DNA of 64,000 nt from Alphaproteobacteria bacterium (GTDB lineage: Bacteria; Pseudomonadota; Alphaproteobacteria; UBA828). Of the stretch, positions 50,261 through 59,736 are shown one piece after another. Location: positions 1 to 64,000 of the forward strand of contig CAXXVO010000013.1 of NCBI GenBank assembly GCA_963422645.2, given 5' to 3'. Position 1 is the first letter of the stretch; every line of letters begins with the position of its first letter. The position numbers were made by a program, and so were the translations under genes. The notes beneath the pieces were generated by a model. The model was not told where the DNA came from, made no database searches, and saw only the letters and a list, made by a program, of their open reading frames with translations.

Positions 50261-50449
50261 CTCTCTCCCCTTATGGTGCTCTTGACCGACTGCGTCGCGA
50301 TGGCGCGGAACGGCCGCAAAAGCCTACAGGGACGCTCCGCCCGCGAGCAATGACTTTCTCCCCGAAGCGGCGGCTTGATCGATCGGTCTCATGGTAGATA
50401 CCGCGTCGCAGGCAGGTCCACGATCGGCGCGATAGGCTATCGAAGTGGC

Positions 50450-51910
50450 CTAATACGGGGGGTCACACTTGCGCGCCGAACAAGATATCAAGGCCGGTCG
50501 GCGGGGTCGAAGGCTCCCGCTGGGCCGCCGTGTAAGCCCCTGATCGACGAGCAGGGCGCGCGCGCCGCTCTCGTCCACCGTCGAAAGCAGACCGGCGGCT
50601 GCAAGCACATAGCGGCGGTCGAGAGCAATGGTGGGCGCCCGTGGCGTCAGCGAGCCTTGCGTCTGGCGGTTGAGCCCGCCACGCAGCACCGCCTCGCCTG
50701 CCGCTTGGCGGCCGAGCACGCCGCCGGTGCCGATCACGAGGGGGACATCCCGGAGATCGGCGCCCCGCTGTTCGAAATCCGCTCCCTGACCGGGGACGTA
50801 GACGGTCTTGAGCGTGCCGCAGTGGCGCTGGAGCGCATGGGTCACACAGGCGGTCGCCAGCGCCTGGTCGACACGATCCTCTTCCGGGTTGTCGGGCAGG
50901 AAGTCCGGCTCCCGGCGGCGGCGTGCGCAGGCGTTGAGAAGCTCATCGGGCGAAAGTGCGGCATCACCACTTTCTGCCTCGAGCCAGTCGGCATCCGCTT
51001 CCAGAACGCCGAGCGCACTCCAGCGCATGCCGAGATCGCCTTCCACTGTGCGGCGGAGTGGGAGCGCCGGCAGGCCGGCCCTGCGAATGCCGACGGGCGC
51101 GGGCTTGAGCGCGACAGCCGCGTGGACGTCGGTCGTGGCGCCGCCGAGGTCGATCACGACAACATCGGCCGGCGGCGCCCCGTCGGCACCTCGAGCCAGC
51201 AGCCGCGTCGCCTGCAGCACGGCCTCGGGCGTCGGCATGATGACGGCCTCGTGGAACTCTTCGGCGCGGCTCAGGCCCTTGCCGCGAATCACATGGCGGA
51301 TGAACTCGTCGTGGATGGCGGCCCGCGCCGGCTCGATGTCGAGCCGGCCAATGGCCGGCAGCACGTTGGCGACCACCGTGACCCGCTCGCGCGGCGCCAC
51401 CATTTCGGCAACGGCCGCAGCGACATCGCGGTTGCAGGCCACGACGATGCGGCTTTCGATCCGGGCTCGGGAAAGCGCCTCGGCATTCTCCAGTACCTGC
51501 TCGCGCTGCCCACCGTCGGTCCCGCCGGAGAATAGGACGATTTCGGGCCGCGCCTCTTCGAGAGCGGCAATGGCCCGCGCGCCGAGCCGGCCCGATAAAG
51601 TGAGCTCGATGCGCGCGCCGGCGTTGAGCGCGGCCTGGCGCGCCGCCTGCGCCGTGTAATCGGGCACGAGGCCGATCGCAGCGACCCGGAGGCCTCCGCC
51701 AGCGCTCGATGCCGCAAGTCGGCGAACGATCCTGAGCCCGCCGGGCGCTTGGCCGAGAGCACGGTCGAGGGCATCCCTGTAGCCCTCCATCACGTCCGTC
51801 TCGACGGTCGTGGGTGCCTGGGCGCTAGCCAGCAGGCGCCCCGTCCCGGCTTCGGTAATCGTCAGCTTTGTGAAGGTGCTTCCGAAATCGACGAGAGCAA
51901 TCGCATTCAC
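50450..51910 (-). CDS. GlmL (glutamate mutase L) family actin-like ATPase, putative B12 enzyme reactivase
   Basis: VDFGSTFTK, SSAGGGL, GGTDGG, MPTP, DLGGATTDVH, RTVEGDLGMR, GTGG. Confidence 0.88.
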   Translation of the reverse strand: MNAIALVDFGSTFTKLTITEAGTGRLLASAQAPTTVETDVMEGYRDALDRALGQAPGGLRIVRRLAASSAGGGLRVAAIGLVPDYTAQAARQAALNAGARIELTLSGRLGARAIAALEEARPEIVLFSGGTDGGQREQVLENAEALSRARIESRIVVACNRDVAAAVAEMVAPRERVTVVANVLPAIGRLDIEPARAAIHDEFIRHVIRGKGLSRAEEFHEAVIMPTPEAVLQATRLLARGADGAPPADVVVIDLGGATTDVHAAVALKPAPVGIRRAGLPALPLRRTVEGDLGMRWSALGVLEADADWLEAESGDAALSPDELLNACARRRREPDFLPDNPEEDRVDQALATACVTHALQRHCGTLKTVYVPGQGADFEQRGADLRDVPLVIGTGGVLGRQAAGEAVLRGGLNRQTQGSLTPRAPTIALDRRYVLAAAGLLSTVDESGARALLVDQGLTRRPSGSLRPRRPALISCSARKCDPPY

Positions 51911-53676
51911 GGCTTCGCGCCGCACTCGGCTTCCATCGTCACCAGCAGGTCGTCGATCGAGCCCGGCGTGCGGATGCCGATATTGCCCAGGTCCTGGCGC
52001 ACATCCACCGGCACATTCGAGCCCTCTATATCCTCGTTCAGAACACCGCCCATGAAGACCGGCGCGTCCAGCCGTGCGTCCCGCATCTCGTCGATCAGCT
52101 TGGTGCCGTAGCTGCGGGCGACGCCGTTGTGGGTGGTGATGACGACGGCGTCGGCAGCGGTCTCCACCGCGACCTTCACGATGTCCTCGGGATCGCGATT
52201 GATACCGCAGTCGATGACGTTGCTGCCGGCGGCATCGAGGGTGGAGGTGAGCAGGAACTTCGCGAATTCATGGACGTCGGTGCTTGCCACCACGACGTTC
52301 TTCGCCTTCAAGCCATCGACCGGGCCGCGCTGGGCGAGGCCCGCGAGGAGCGTCTGCCGCTGTTTCATAGTCTCGCGGACCAGGTCGGTCTCCAGGATCG
52401 GCTTGCGGCCGCGCAAGTAGCCGTCGTCGCGCTCGCCGGCGCCGAACAGCGTCTCGCAGGTCTCCGGGCCGAGTCGCTTGATTAGCAGCAGGACGGGTGC
52501 GGGATCGCGCGCATCGACGCCCATCTCGGCCATCGCATCCAGCGCGTTCCGGAAGAAGCGCCTGCCGCCCTCCACCAGCTCGTCGCGAAGCGCTTCGATT
52601 TTGCCCCAGTCGATGTAGGGCTCCATCATCGGCAGGTAGTCCTCGCACTTGCGGCTCACCGTCTGGACGGTCGCGACCTCCTGCCAGGTGGGGATGCGCT
52701 CGACCTCGGTCACCGGCACGGCGATCGGTGCGCCGCCGAGGCGATAACGCAGGTCCGTCATCTTCATCATCATCAAGTCGTTTACGAGCACGGCCATGTT
52801 GCCGTCGAAATCGCGCGAATAGCCGATCGTGTCTCCCTGGATGAACGAGGTCGGCACGCGATCCGGGTTCACGGCGTCGAGTGCCAGCGTCACCGCCGAC
52901 TTGATGACCGGGTTCTGGGTGAGGCCGCCCCAGGAGGGCGAATAGGCGGCGCCGATCAGCTCCTCGGAGACGTAGCGCTCCAACATCGCCCAGCCGACGT
53001 AGCTTGCGTAGTCGTGGAAGACGCCGGGGTAGCCGTCCTCAAGGTAGGAATCGAACACCACCCCCTGGCCCTTGAGCGACGCCAGCACGCCGCCAGCTTT
53101 CAGCACCGCCATCAGTTGCGCGGTCTCGTCGTCCCAGTAGGGCCAGCGCCAGGAATACTGGCTGAGCACACCAATGCAGGTGATGCCTACCTGGAGCGCG
53201 TTCACCACGTTGTCGACGGAGCCCGGCCCGCCGATCATGTTGTCGGCCGCCTCCGGCTGGATCGGCACCGTGTTGGTCATCTCCCACCAGTGCTGATCGG
53301 TCCAGAGCACGGGCCCGGTCTCCTGCGGGGCAGAGGCACGGAGCTCCTTGGGCAGCCCCATGCGCCGCTCGGCCAGCAGGTTGAAACGATCCGGCGGGCG
53401 CACGCCGCGCGAGAGGGCGTCTTCGTAGATCAGCCCCATGGCCTCGCGCGTGTCGTCCCAGGTGGCGAGGCCGATGTTCATGCAGGTGCAGGGGATGCCC
53501 TGGGCGCGCGCTTTCTCGCGCCATTCCCGCTCCGAGCCGACGCCCTTCTCTTCGCAATAGAGCGAGGTCGCCCGCTCGATCGTGAGCCCGAGCGCGCGCC
53601 CTTCCGCCACCGCCTCGCGGCCGTCAGGCAGGTCGGCAGGAATCAGCGCAGCAAGGTCGATCGCTTCGAGTGCCAT
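51907..53676 (-). CDS. Cobalamin-dependent protein: uncharacterised N-terminal domain plus C-terminal B12-binding domain
   Basis: STDVHEFAK (DxHxxG variant), ADAVVITTHNG, VFMGG. Confidence 0.78.
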   Translation of the reverse strand: MALEAIDLAALIPADLPDGREAVAEGRALGLTIERATSLYCEEKGVGSEREWREKARAQGIPCTCMNIGLATWDDTREAMGLIYEDALSRGVRPPDRFNLLAERRMGLPKELRASAPQETGPVLWTDQHWWEMTNTVPIQPEAADNMIGGPGSVDNVVNALQVGITCIGVLSQYSWRWPYWDDETAQLMAVLKAGGVLASLKGQGVVFDSYLEDGYPGVFHDYASYVGWAMLERYVSEELIGAAYSPSWGGLTQNPVIKSAVTLALDAVNPDRVPTSFIQGDTIGYSRDFDGNMAVLVNDLMMMKMTDLRYRLGGAPIAVPVTEVERIPTWQEVATVQTVSRKCEDYLPMMEPYIDWGKIEALRDELVEGGRRFFRNALDAMAEMGVDARDPAPVLLLIKRLGPETCETLFGAGERDDGYLRGRKPILETDLVRETMKQRQTLLAGLAQRGPVDGLKAKNVVVASTDVHEFAKFLLTSTLDAAGSNVIDCGINRDPEDIVKVAVETAADAVVITTHNGVARSYGTKLIDEMRDARLDAPVFMGGVLNEDIEGSNVPVDVRQDLGNIGIRTPGSIDDLLVTMEAECGAKP

Positions 53677-53694
53677 CCGTCTCGCTCCTCGGCC

Positions 53695-54498
53695 CTACCC
53701 CGCCAGCGTCCAGCCGCCGTCGGCGAGCACCATCTGGCCGGTGATGTAGCCCGCGCCGTCTGAGGCGAGGAAGAGCACGGTCTCCGCGATCTCCTGCGGC
53801 ATGCCCATGCGCTTCAGCTGCGTCATATTGACGGCTTCCTCGACGTGCTCCGCCGGGATTCCCCAATCGGCGTCCCAATTCGCCTGGATCGGCCCGGGCG
53901 AGACGGCGTTGACCCGGATGTGCGGCGCGAGGTCGCGTGCGAGCGAGGCGGTGAAGCCGCGCACGGCGCCCTTCGCCGCGCAGTAGGAGACCGCAACGGA
54001 GTTCACCATGTTCTCCTGGTTCACGCCGTTGCCGTAGGAACCCGCGAAGTTGACGATGGCGCCGCCGCCCCGCGCTTCCATGTGCGGCACGACGGCGCGG
54101 CACATGAGGAACGTGCCCTTCACGTCGACCGCAAAGAGCGCATCCCACGCTTGCGGGTCCGTATCGGCGAAGCGCACGGCGTCCGCCGCGTCGATCCGGC
54201 CCGCCGCGTTGATCAGCACGTCGATGCCGCCGTAGCGCGCCACCGCGTCATCGACGAAGGCCTGCACCGAGCGCTCGTCGGTGATGTCCAGATGGGCCGC
54301 GTGCGCCGTGCCGCCGGCGGCCGTGATCTCGTCCACGGCCTCGGCCGCCGCATCCGCGCCGCTGCGGTAGGCCAGGGCAACGCTCGCCCCCTCACGGGCG
54401 AGTGCACGGGCGCAGGCGCCCCCCAGCGCGCCGCTCGCGCCGGTCACGATGGCGACGCGGCCTGCGAATCTGTGGCCGTCGTTCCAGCGAGCGGTCAC
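53695..54498 (-). CDS. SDR family oxidoreductase
   Basis: TGASGALG, NAAG, YCAAKG, RVNAVSPG, ITGQ...DGG. Confidence 0.9.
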   Translation of the reverse strand: MTARWNDGHRFAGRVAIVTGASGALGGACARALAREGASVALAYRSGADAAAEAVDEITAAGGTAHAAHLDITDERSVQAFVDDAVARYGGIDVLINAAGRIDAADAVRFADTDPQAWDALFAVDVKGTFLMCRAVVPHMEARGGGAIVNFAGSYGNGVNQENMVNSVAVSYCAAKGAVRGFTASLARDLAPHIRVNAVSPGPIQANWDADWGIPAEHVEEAVNMTQLKRMGMPQEIAETVLFLASDGAGYITGQMVLADGGWTLAG

Positions 54499-54648
54499 GG
54501 AACCTCCCCCTCCTGGCTCTGTTGCGCGGAAGTGTAGAGGCCACCGTCTGAGGCGTAAACGGCGCCGCGCCCGACAACAGTGGCACGAATTCAGGCCGCG
54601 CGAGTTCTGGCGTATGCTCCGCCTGCCCACGAAGAAGCACGTCTCGCC

Positions 54649-55773
54649 ATGGCCGCCATCCTCGAAATCCAGAATGTCACGAAGACCTTCCGCGGCGGCG
54701 TGCGCGCCGTGGACGACGTGACGCTCGCGGTCGAGGAAGGCGAGTTCCTGACCATTCTCGGGCCTTCCGGCTGCGGCAAGACCACCACGCTCCGCATGGT
54801 GGGGGGCTTCGAGTATCCCGATGCAGGGCGCATCGTGCTCGACGGGCGCGACGTGACCGACCTCCCGCCATACCGGCGGCCGGTCAACATGATGTTTCAG
54901 GACTTCGCGCTCTTTCCCCACCTCACGGTGGCGCAGAACATCGGCTATGGCCTCGCCATCGCCGGCATGAAAAAGCGCGAAGCGGCGCGCGAAGTGGAGG
55001 AGGCGCTCGGCACGATCGAGCTGCTCGACAAGGCCGATCGACGGCCAGCGGAGCTTTCCATCGGCCAGAAGCAGCGCGTGGCCCTCGCCCGCGCCCTGAT
55101 CCGGCGGCCGAAGATACTGTTGCTCGACGAGCCGCTGTCGGCGCTCGACGCCAAGCTCCGTGAATCGATGCAGGTGGAACTCAAGCGCCTGCACGACCAG
55201 ATCGGCCTCACCTTCATGATGGTCACCCACGATCAGACCGAGGCCCTGGTGATGTCCGACCGGATCGTGGTGATGGATACCGGGCGCATCGTGCAGGCGG
55301 GCACACCGACGGACCTCTACGACCGACCCGAGACACCCTACGTCGCGAACTTCCTCGGCACCTCCAACATGGTTGCCGGCACCGTGACCGGGACGGCGGA
55401 CGGCACCGCGCAAGTGAGTTGCGGCGCTGCGGATATCAGCGTCGCGCTCCAGGGCGCCGCGCCGGCGGTGGGTGCCCGGGTCACATTATCGATCCGGCCC
55501 GAGAAGGTGGTGCTCAGCGGCGGAGCCGAGCTGCCGGCCGGGTTCAACAGCCTCTCCGGCCAGCTTCGCGATGTCTTCTTCCACGGCGATTCCGTCAGGC
55601 TCGCCATCGATATCGGCGCCGAGCGGCTGCTCATCGTGCACCGCCAGCTCGAAACCGGGCTCCAACAGATGCCGCTGCCGCCGGTGGGCGGCACGCTCTC
55701 CCTCGGCTTCGATCCGGCGAGCGTGATCCTCTTCGCAGGCTCCGGCGACGCATCGGCGGACAGCGCCGAATGA
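54649..55773 (+). CDS. Polyamine-type ABC ATP-binding protein (PotA-like)
   Basis: GPSGCGKT, FQDFALFPH, LLDEPLSALD, THDQTEA; signature reads LSIGQ. Confidence 0.92.
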   Translation: MAAILEIQNVTKTFRGGVRAVDDVTLAVEEGEFLTILGPSGCGKTTTLRMVGGFEYPDAGRIVLDGRDVTDLPPYRRPVNMMFQDFALFPHLTVAQNIGYGLAIAGMKKREAAREVEEALGTIELLDKADRRPAELSIGQKQRVALARALIRRPKILLLDEPLSALDAKLRESMQVELKRLHDQIGLTFMMVTHDQTEALVMSDRIVVMDTGRIVQAGTPTDLYDRPETPYVANFLGTSNMVAGTVTGTADGTAQVSCGAADISVALQGAAPAVGARVTLSIRPEKVVLSGGAELPAGFNSLSGQLRDVFFHGDSVRLAIDIGAERLLIVHRQLETGLQQMPLPPVGGTLSLGFDPASVILFAGSGDASADSAE

Positions 55774-56506
55774 GGTACGCCCGGCGTCGCCGGCTCGAAT
55801 TCGCCGCCCTCGTCTCGGCACCTGTGATCTGGTGGGTCGTGGTCCTGTTGGTGCCTTACATTATCATGCTGATGATCAGCTTCTACCGGACGCAGTTTCC
55901 CTTCCACGTCCCCGATTTACAGGTTGCCAACTATCTGAAAATATTCGCCGAATCGCAGTACGTCACGATCCTTCTGCGCAGCCTGAAGATCTCGATCTTC
56001 GTCTCCATCGTGACCTTCGCGCTGGCCTACCCGCTGACCTATTTCCTGGTCTTCAAGGTGCGCTCGCCACGCGTCAGGACGATCATCTACGTGGCCACTA
56101 TCGTCCCGCTCTGGGTCTCCTACCTGCTGCGCGTTTACACCTGGAAAATCGTGCTCGGCACCGAGGGGATCCTGAACACCTTCCTGATCTGGATCGGCGT
56201 GGTGAACGAGCCGATCGAGGTGCTCATCTACAACCAGTTCGCCATGGTGATCACGATGGCGTACATCTTCACGCCCTTCATGGTGATGCCGATCTACGCG
56301 ACGCTGGAGAAGATCCCGCGCAGCCTGATCGAGGGCTCCAAGGACCTGGGCGTCGGTAATATCGGCACCTTCCTGCGCATTACGCTGCCGCTCTCGGTGC
56401 CGGGCATTCTGGTGGGCTTCACCTTCACCTTCTGCTTCTCGTTCGGCGACTTCATCTCGCCGCGATTGGTGGGCGGGCCCTACTCCAACATGATCTCCAA
56501 CGTGAT
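55770..56506 (+). pseudogene. Polyamine-type ABC permease (PotB-like), 3' end truncated by the transposon
   Basis: LAYP, PLWVSYLLRVYTW, PFMVMPIY, DLG...ITLPLS; stops at MISNVI|TGTAGAC. Confidence 0.88.
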
Positions 56507-56926
56507 TGTAGACGGACGAAAGTCGTTGTGAATCGGGTCAAGGGGTGGAATCAGGCGGAATCGGGCGGAAGGTGGCGGAATCTCAAGGGGATGCGGGGCG
56601 GCACGGTGGCGGTGCGGCGGCTGGCGTGCGGACGGAAGTCTTTGCGAATCGGGCCGTGCAGAGGCCGTGAATTGGCTGGAAACGGCAATTTTCGGGGCGT
56701 TTCAGGGGTCTTGCGACGGCGGCAAATCGGGTCGGTTTCGGGGTATCGGATTCGGCTGGAAAATCCGGTGCGTGGCGCCCGTCCCGCGAGGCTGGCGGCG
56801 GCCCGCGCCGGGGCGCTGAATCGGCTTGAGATGGCGTGCGGCGGCGCGTAGGGTGAGCGTGGCGTCGGAAGCAGCAGTCCTCTCATGCCTTCGGGCGAGC
56901 GCGGGGTTTGCGACCCGCCCGGCGCC

Positions 56927-57666
56927 TCACTTCCCATCCCTCCTGATCGGCCCGAAGCGTCGCCTTGTGACATCGAGGTCAGCGGCCTTCGACCTGTGCA
57001 GGCTCACGATGTAGGCCTCGTCGCCACCTGCGGCCGACTTGACGACGGCCTTCCACAGGCGCCCGTCCTCTTCGAGGAAGCCCTGCGCGAAACGGCCGTT
57101 GTCCTCCACGAACATCTCCCCTTGATCGAGGATGCGCTGGAGGCGGGCGTAGTCTGCGGGTTCGAGATCGGGGTGTCGCCTGGCCTGCTTTGCGGCGGTT
57201 TCTGCGGAGAGGCGGGCGGTTCGGGAGCGTGCGCCGATGGCGGCCATGACCGGGCCTCCGAGCACGGCCGCGGGCCAGTCGGCGTCGGACCGGCCTTCGA
57301 GGTGGCGGCGGAAGAGCGCGCCGTTCCAGGGTTGGCCTATGGCGGCGCGTGCGAGGTCGGGGGGCGCGTCGTCGATCTTCTCGATCAGGCGGTTTGCGCT
57401 GTCGCGGCCCGGCCGGGCGCGGCCGGCGTTGTGCTGGAAGCCGGGATCGATGCCGGCGGGGACCTGGTGGATGCGGCCGGTGCGGCGGTTCTTCCAGGGC
57501 CTGGTGCGCCCGGAGCCGGGCGGCGGACCCTCGGACACCTTGTATCCGTAGCGTTCGAGGTCGTCGTCTCCGAGCTGCTGGACGATGCAGCGGCACTTCC
57601 ATCCGTTGGGCGGGTAGTGGGTCTTCCAGAAGGGGTGATCGACGGGGAGCACGGTGCCGTGCCATG
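56927..57666 (-). pseudogene. Phage Mu F (minor head protein) C-terminal half plus a putative PBECR-type nuclease domain
   Basis: WHGTVLPVDHPFWKTHYPPNGWKCRC, PAGIDPGF; then LSAETAAKQARRHPDL...WKAVVK...YIVSLHR. N-terminus missing. Confidence 0.75.
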
Positions 57667-57765
57667 TGAGCGTGCGCCCAGCATTTGATGGTGCGGTTTT
57701 CGGATTATTTGATGTTCGTGATGCGGCGCTTGGTTGATCTGCGAGAGCGGTGAGTGGCCTGGCTT

Positions 57766-58635
57766 TCATCGAGACCGCAGGAGCATCTCGTTCCAGTCCT
57801 TGGCGTGTCGTGGGCGCAACCTTTTCACCCTTGGATCGTTGAGCACGAGATGCTCGGCGGCAGTGTCGCCGGCGCTGTCTGCGTCGTAGGCACAGACGAT
57901 GCGACGTGGCTTCCACTCCTTGATCCAGGGCGGGACCGAGCTGGCGATGCCGGCGGTTGAGGCGACGACGGCGCCGTTCTCGCGCGTCCCCTCGACGCGC
58001 AGGCTTCGTGCAGAGATGGCGTCGACGGCGCTCTCGGTGAGGATGACGAGGGCGGGCTGGTTTCGGTCGCAGTGGAGCCAGAAGCCGCCACGCGCCTTGC
58101 GCGATCCCGGGGCCATGCCCCTGAAGCGTTTTGTTCCGGGCTGCGGCGCGGTGCCGAGGATCTCGGCGCCGGTCGTGTGCCCGCTGGCGTTTCGGCAGAT
58201 GAAGACGGCGTTGATCCTGTCATCGGCGTAGAGGAGGCCTCGGCCGTGGCAGGCTTCGAGCACGTCGGTGCCGATAGCGCGTTGGCGGATGAGGGCGTCC
58301 CGGACCCTGGGCCAGGCGCGGGGACTGGGCCTTGGCAGCCGCAGGCGTCGCGGGGCGGCTGGGATGGTGGTGATCTCCCTCCGCCCCTCATGGCTTCCGA
58401 GGAAGCGGAGGGCTTCCGGGAAGCGGCATCCCGTCGCATGGATGACGAGGTCGATGGCGCCACCCCCTCCCGTGCCGCGCAGGTGATCGAAGAACTTCTC
58501 GCCGTTGATGCTGATGACCGAGCCCCCGCGCTTGAAGCGCGCCCGGTCGGTCGGGTCTCTGCGGTAGCCGAGGGCGGCGGCGACCCGGTCGAGGGGGATG
58601 TTGCGGCAGGTGGCCAGGGGATCGCCGCCGCTCAT
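57766..58635 (-). CDS. DUF3991 / Toprim domain protein (primase-like)
   Basis: GGGGAIDLVIH (CHC2-like region), LTESAVDAIS, CAYDADSAGD, KDWNE. Confidence 0.8.
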   Translation of the reverse strand: MSGGDPLATCRNIPLDRVAAALGYRRDPTDRARFKRGGSVISINGEKFFDHLRGTGGGGAIDLVIHATGCRFPEALRFLGSHEGRREITTIPAAPRRLRLPRPSPRAWPRVRDALIRQRAIGTDVLEACHGRGLLYADDRINAVFICRNASGHTTGAEILGTAPQPGTKRFRGMAPGSRKARGGFWLHCDRNQPALVILTESAVDAISARSLRVEGTRENGAVVASTAGIASSVPPWIKEWKPRRIVCAYDADSAGDTAAEHLVLNDPRVKRLRPRHAKDWNEMLLRSR

Positions 58636-58676
58636 TGCCGGGTCCCGGCGAAGGTCTGCTTGGAAGGGAGGCTGAC

Positions 58677-58737
58677 GGCGTTCCCGTTCCTGTACCCTTC
58701 AACGCTTAAGAGTTCCGGGAACGGGAACGGGAACGCC
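58677..58737. repeat. Inverted repeat built from GGGAAC hexamers between the helicase and Toprim genes
   Basis: GGCGTTCCCGTTCC ... GGGAACGGGAACGGGAACGCC. Confidence 0.7.
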
Positions 58738-59736
58738 TCATCCCGCACTTCCGTTGATGGCGGCAGGGGATTGCGGCTCCCGGTGCGCCTCGGCGGCTGC
58801 GAGGCGATAGCCACCCCTGGGCGCCCGTTCGATGCGCCCCTCCCTGGTGAGGCTCTCGATGGCGGCAACGACGGTGGCGTTGCGGGCAGCGGCGCGTGAG
58901 CGGATCTGGGCTTTCGAGAGCGGCTTTTCGGCCTGCTCGATCGCCTTGAAGACGCGCTGCTCGACGGTGGCGGGCTCGTGCCTGTCTTCATCTGCCGCGT
59001 CCTGGTGCAGACGGAAGGCCGGCCCATGTCCGCCGTCGACGAGTTCCAGCTCGATGTCGTTGAGGCCCCGGGCGTCGCGCTGCTCGACCGTCATGACGAT
59101 CTTCTTGTCGCGCCGGCGCAGGTACAGATTTGAGTCACCCCAAGCGTGCAGCTCGCTGCTCCCGCGCAGGGCCTGCCCCGGCCGGGTGCCGCCGCTCTTG
59201 CGGGCGTGGTGGACGAGGAGGACGGCGGTTTCGAAGCGGCGCTGCAGTTCGCGCAGGAAGCCGAGGATGGGGGCGATCTCTGCGACGGCGTTCTCGTCGA
59301 CGCTGTGCAGGCGGACCAGGGGATCGAGGATCAGGAGGCGCGGTTCGATGCGCTCCACGGTCTGCTGCAGGCGTTGACGGTCGCCGGGCCGGTCGAGACG
59401 CAGGGTGGGCACGTCGATGACGGCGATGTCGAGTTCGTCGAAGGGGGTGGCGGCGGCGCGGGCGATCCCCTGCAGACGCTTGCGCACCCTGTGGCCGGCG
59501 TCCTCGGCGGCGAAGAGCAGCACGGTGCCGCTTGCGCTGGGGCGGTAGTGGCGCAGGCATGGGACGCCGGTGGCCACGGCGACGGCGAGATCGAGCGCGA
59601 GCAGGGATTTGCCGCACTTGGGCTCGCCGCCGACGATGCCCACGGCCTGCTCGGCCCACAGCGTGTCCACCATCCACTGTTGCGCCCGGGGGCGATCCTC
59701 GAGCTGCATCGGCGCCCGTGTCGGGAAGCCCTTCAC
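58738..59736 (-). CDS. AAA_25 / RepA-like helicase with C-terminal wHTH
   Basis: GEPKCGKS, AAED, LLILDPL, LVHHARK, LRGSS; GTG overlaps the ExeA stop. Confidence 0.85.
   Translation of the reverse strand: MKGFPTRAPMQLEDRPRAQQWMVDTLWAEQAVGIVGGEPKCGKSLLALDLAVAVATGVPCLRHYRPSASGTVLLFAAEDAGHRVRKRLQGIARAAATPFDELDIAVIDVPTLRLDRPGDRQRLQQTVERIEPRLLILDPLVRLHSVDENAVAEIAPILGFLRELQRRFETAVLLVHHARKSGGTRPGQALRGSSELHAWGDSNLYLRRRDKKIVMTVEQRDARGLNDIELELVDGGHGPAFRLHQDAADEDRHEPATVEQRVFKAIEQAEKPLSKAQIRSRAAARNATVVAAIESLTREGRIERAPRGGYRLAAAEAHREPQSPAAINGSAG

Noticed and set aside
50450-51910. MutL mismatch-repair protein
   Set aside because: Motifs are those of the actin-like GlmL family, with no GHKL ATPase motifs.
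55050-55070. LSIGQ instead of the LSGGQ ABC signature
   Set aside because: Single substitution with all other motifs intact; inactivation cannot be inferred.
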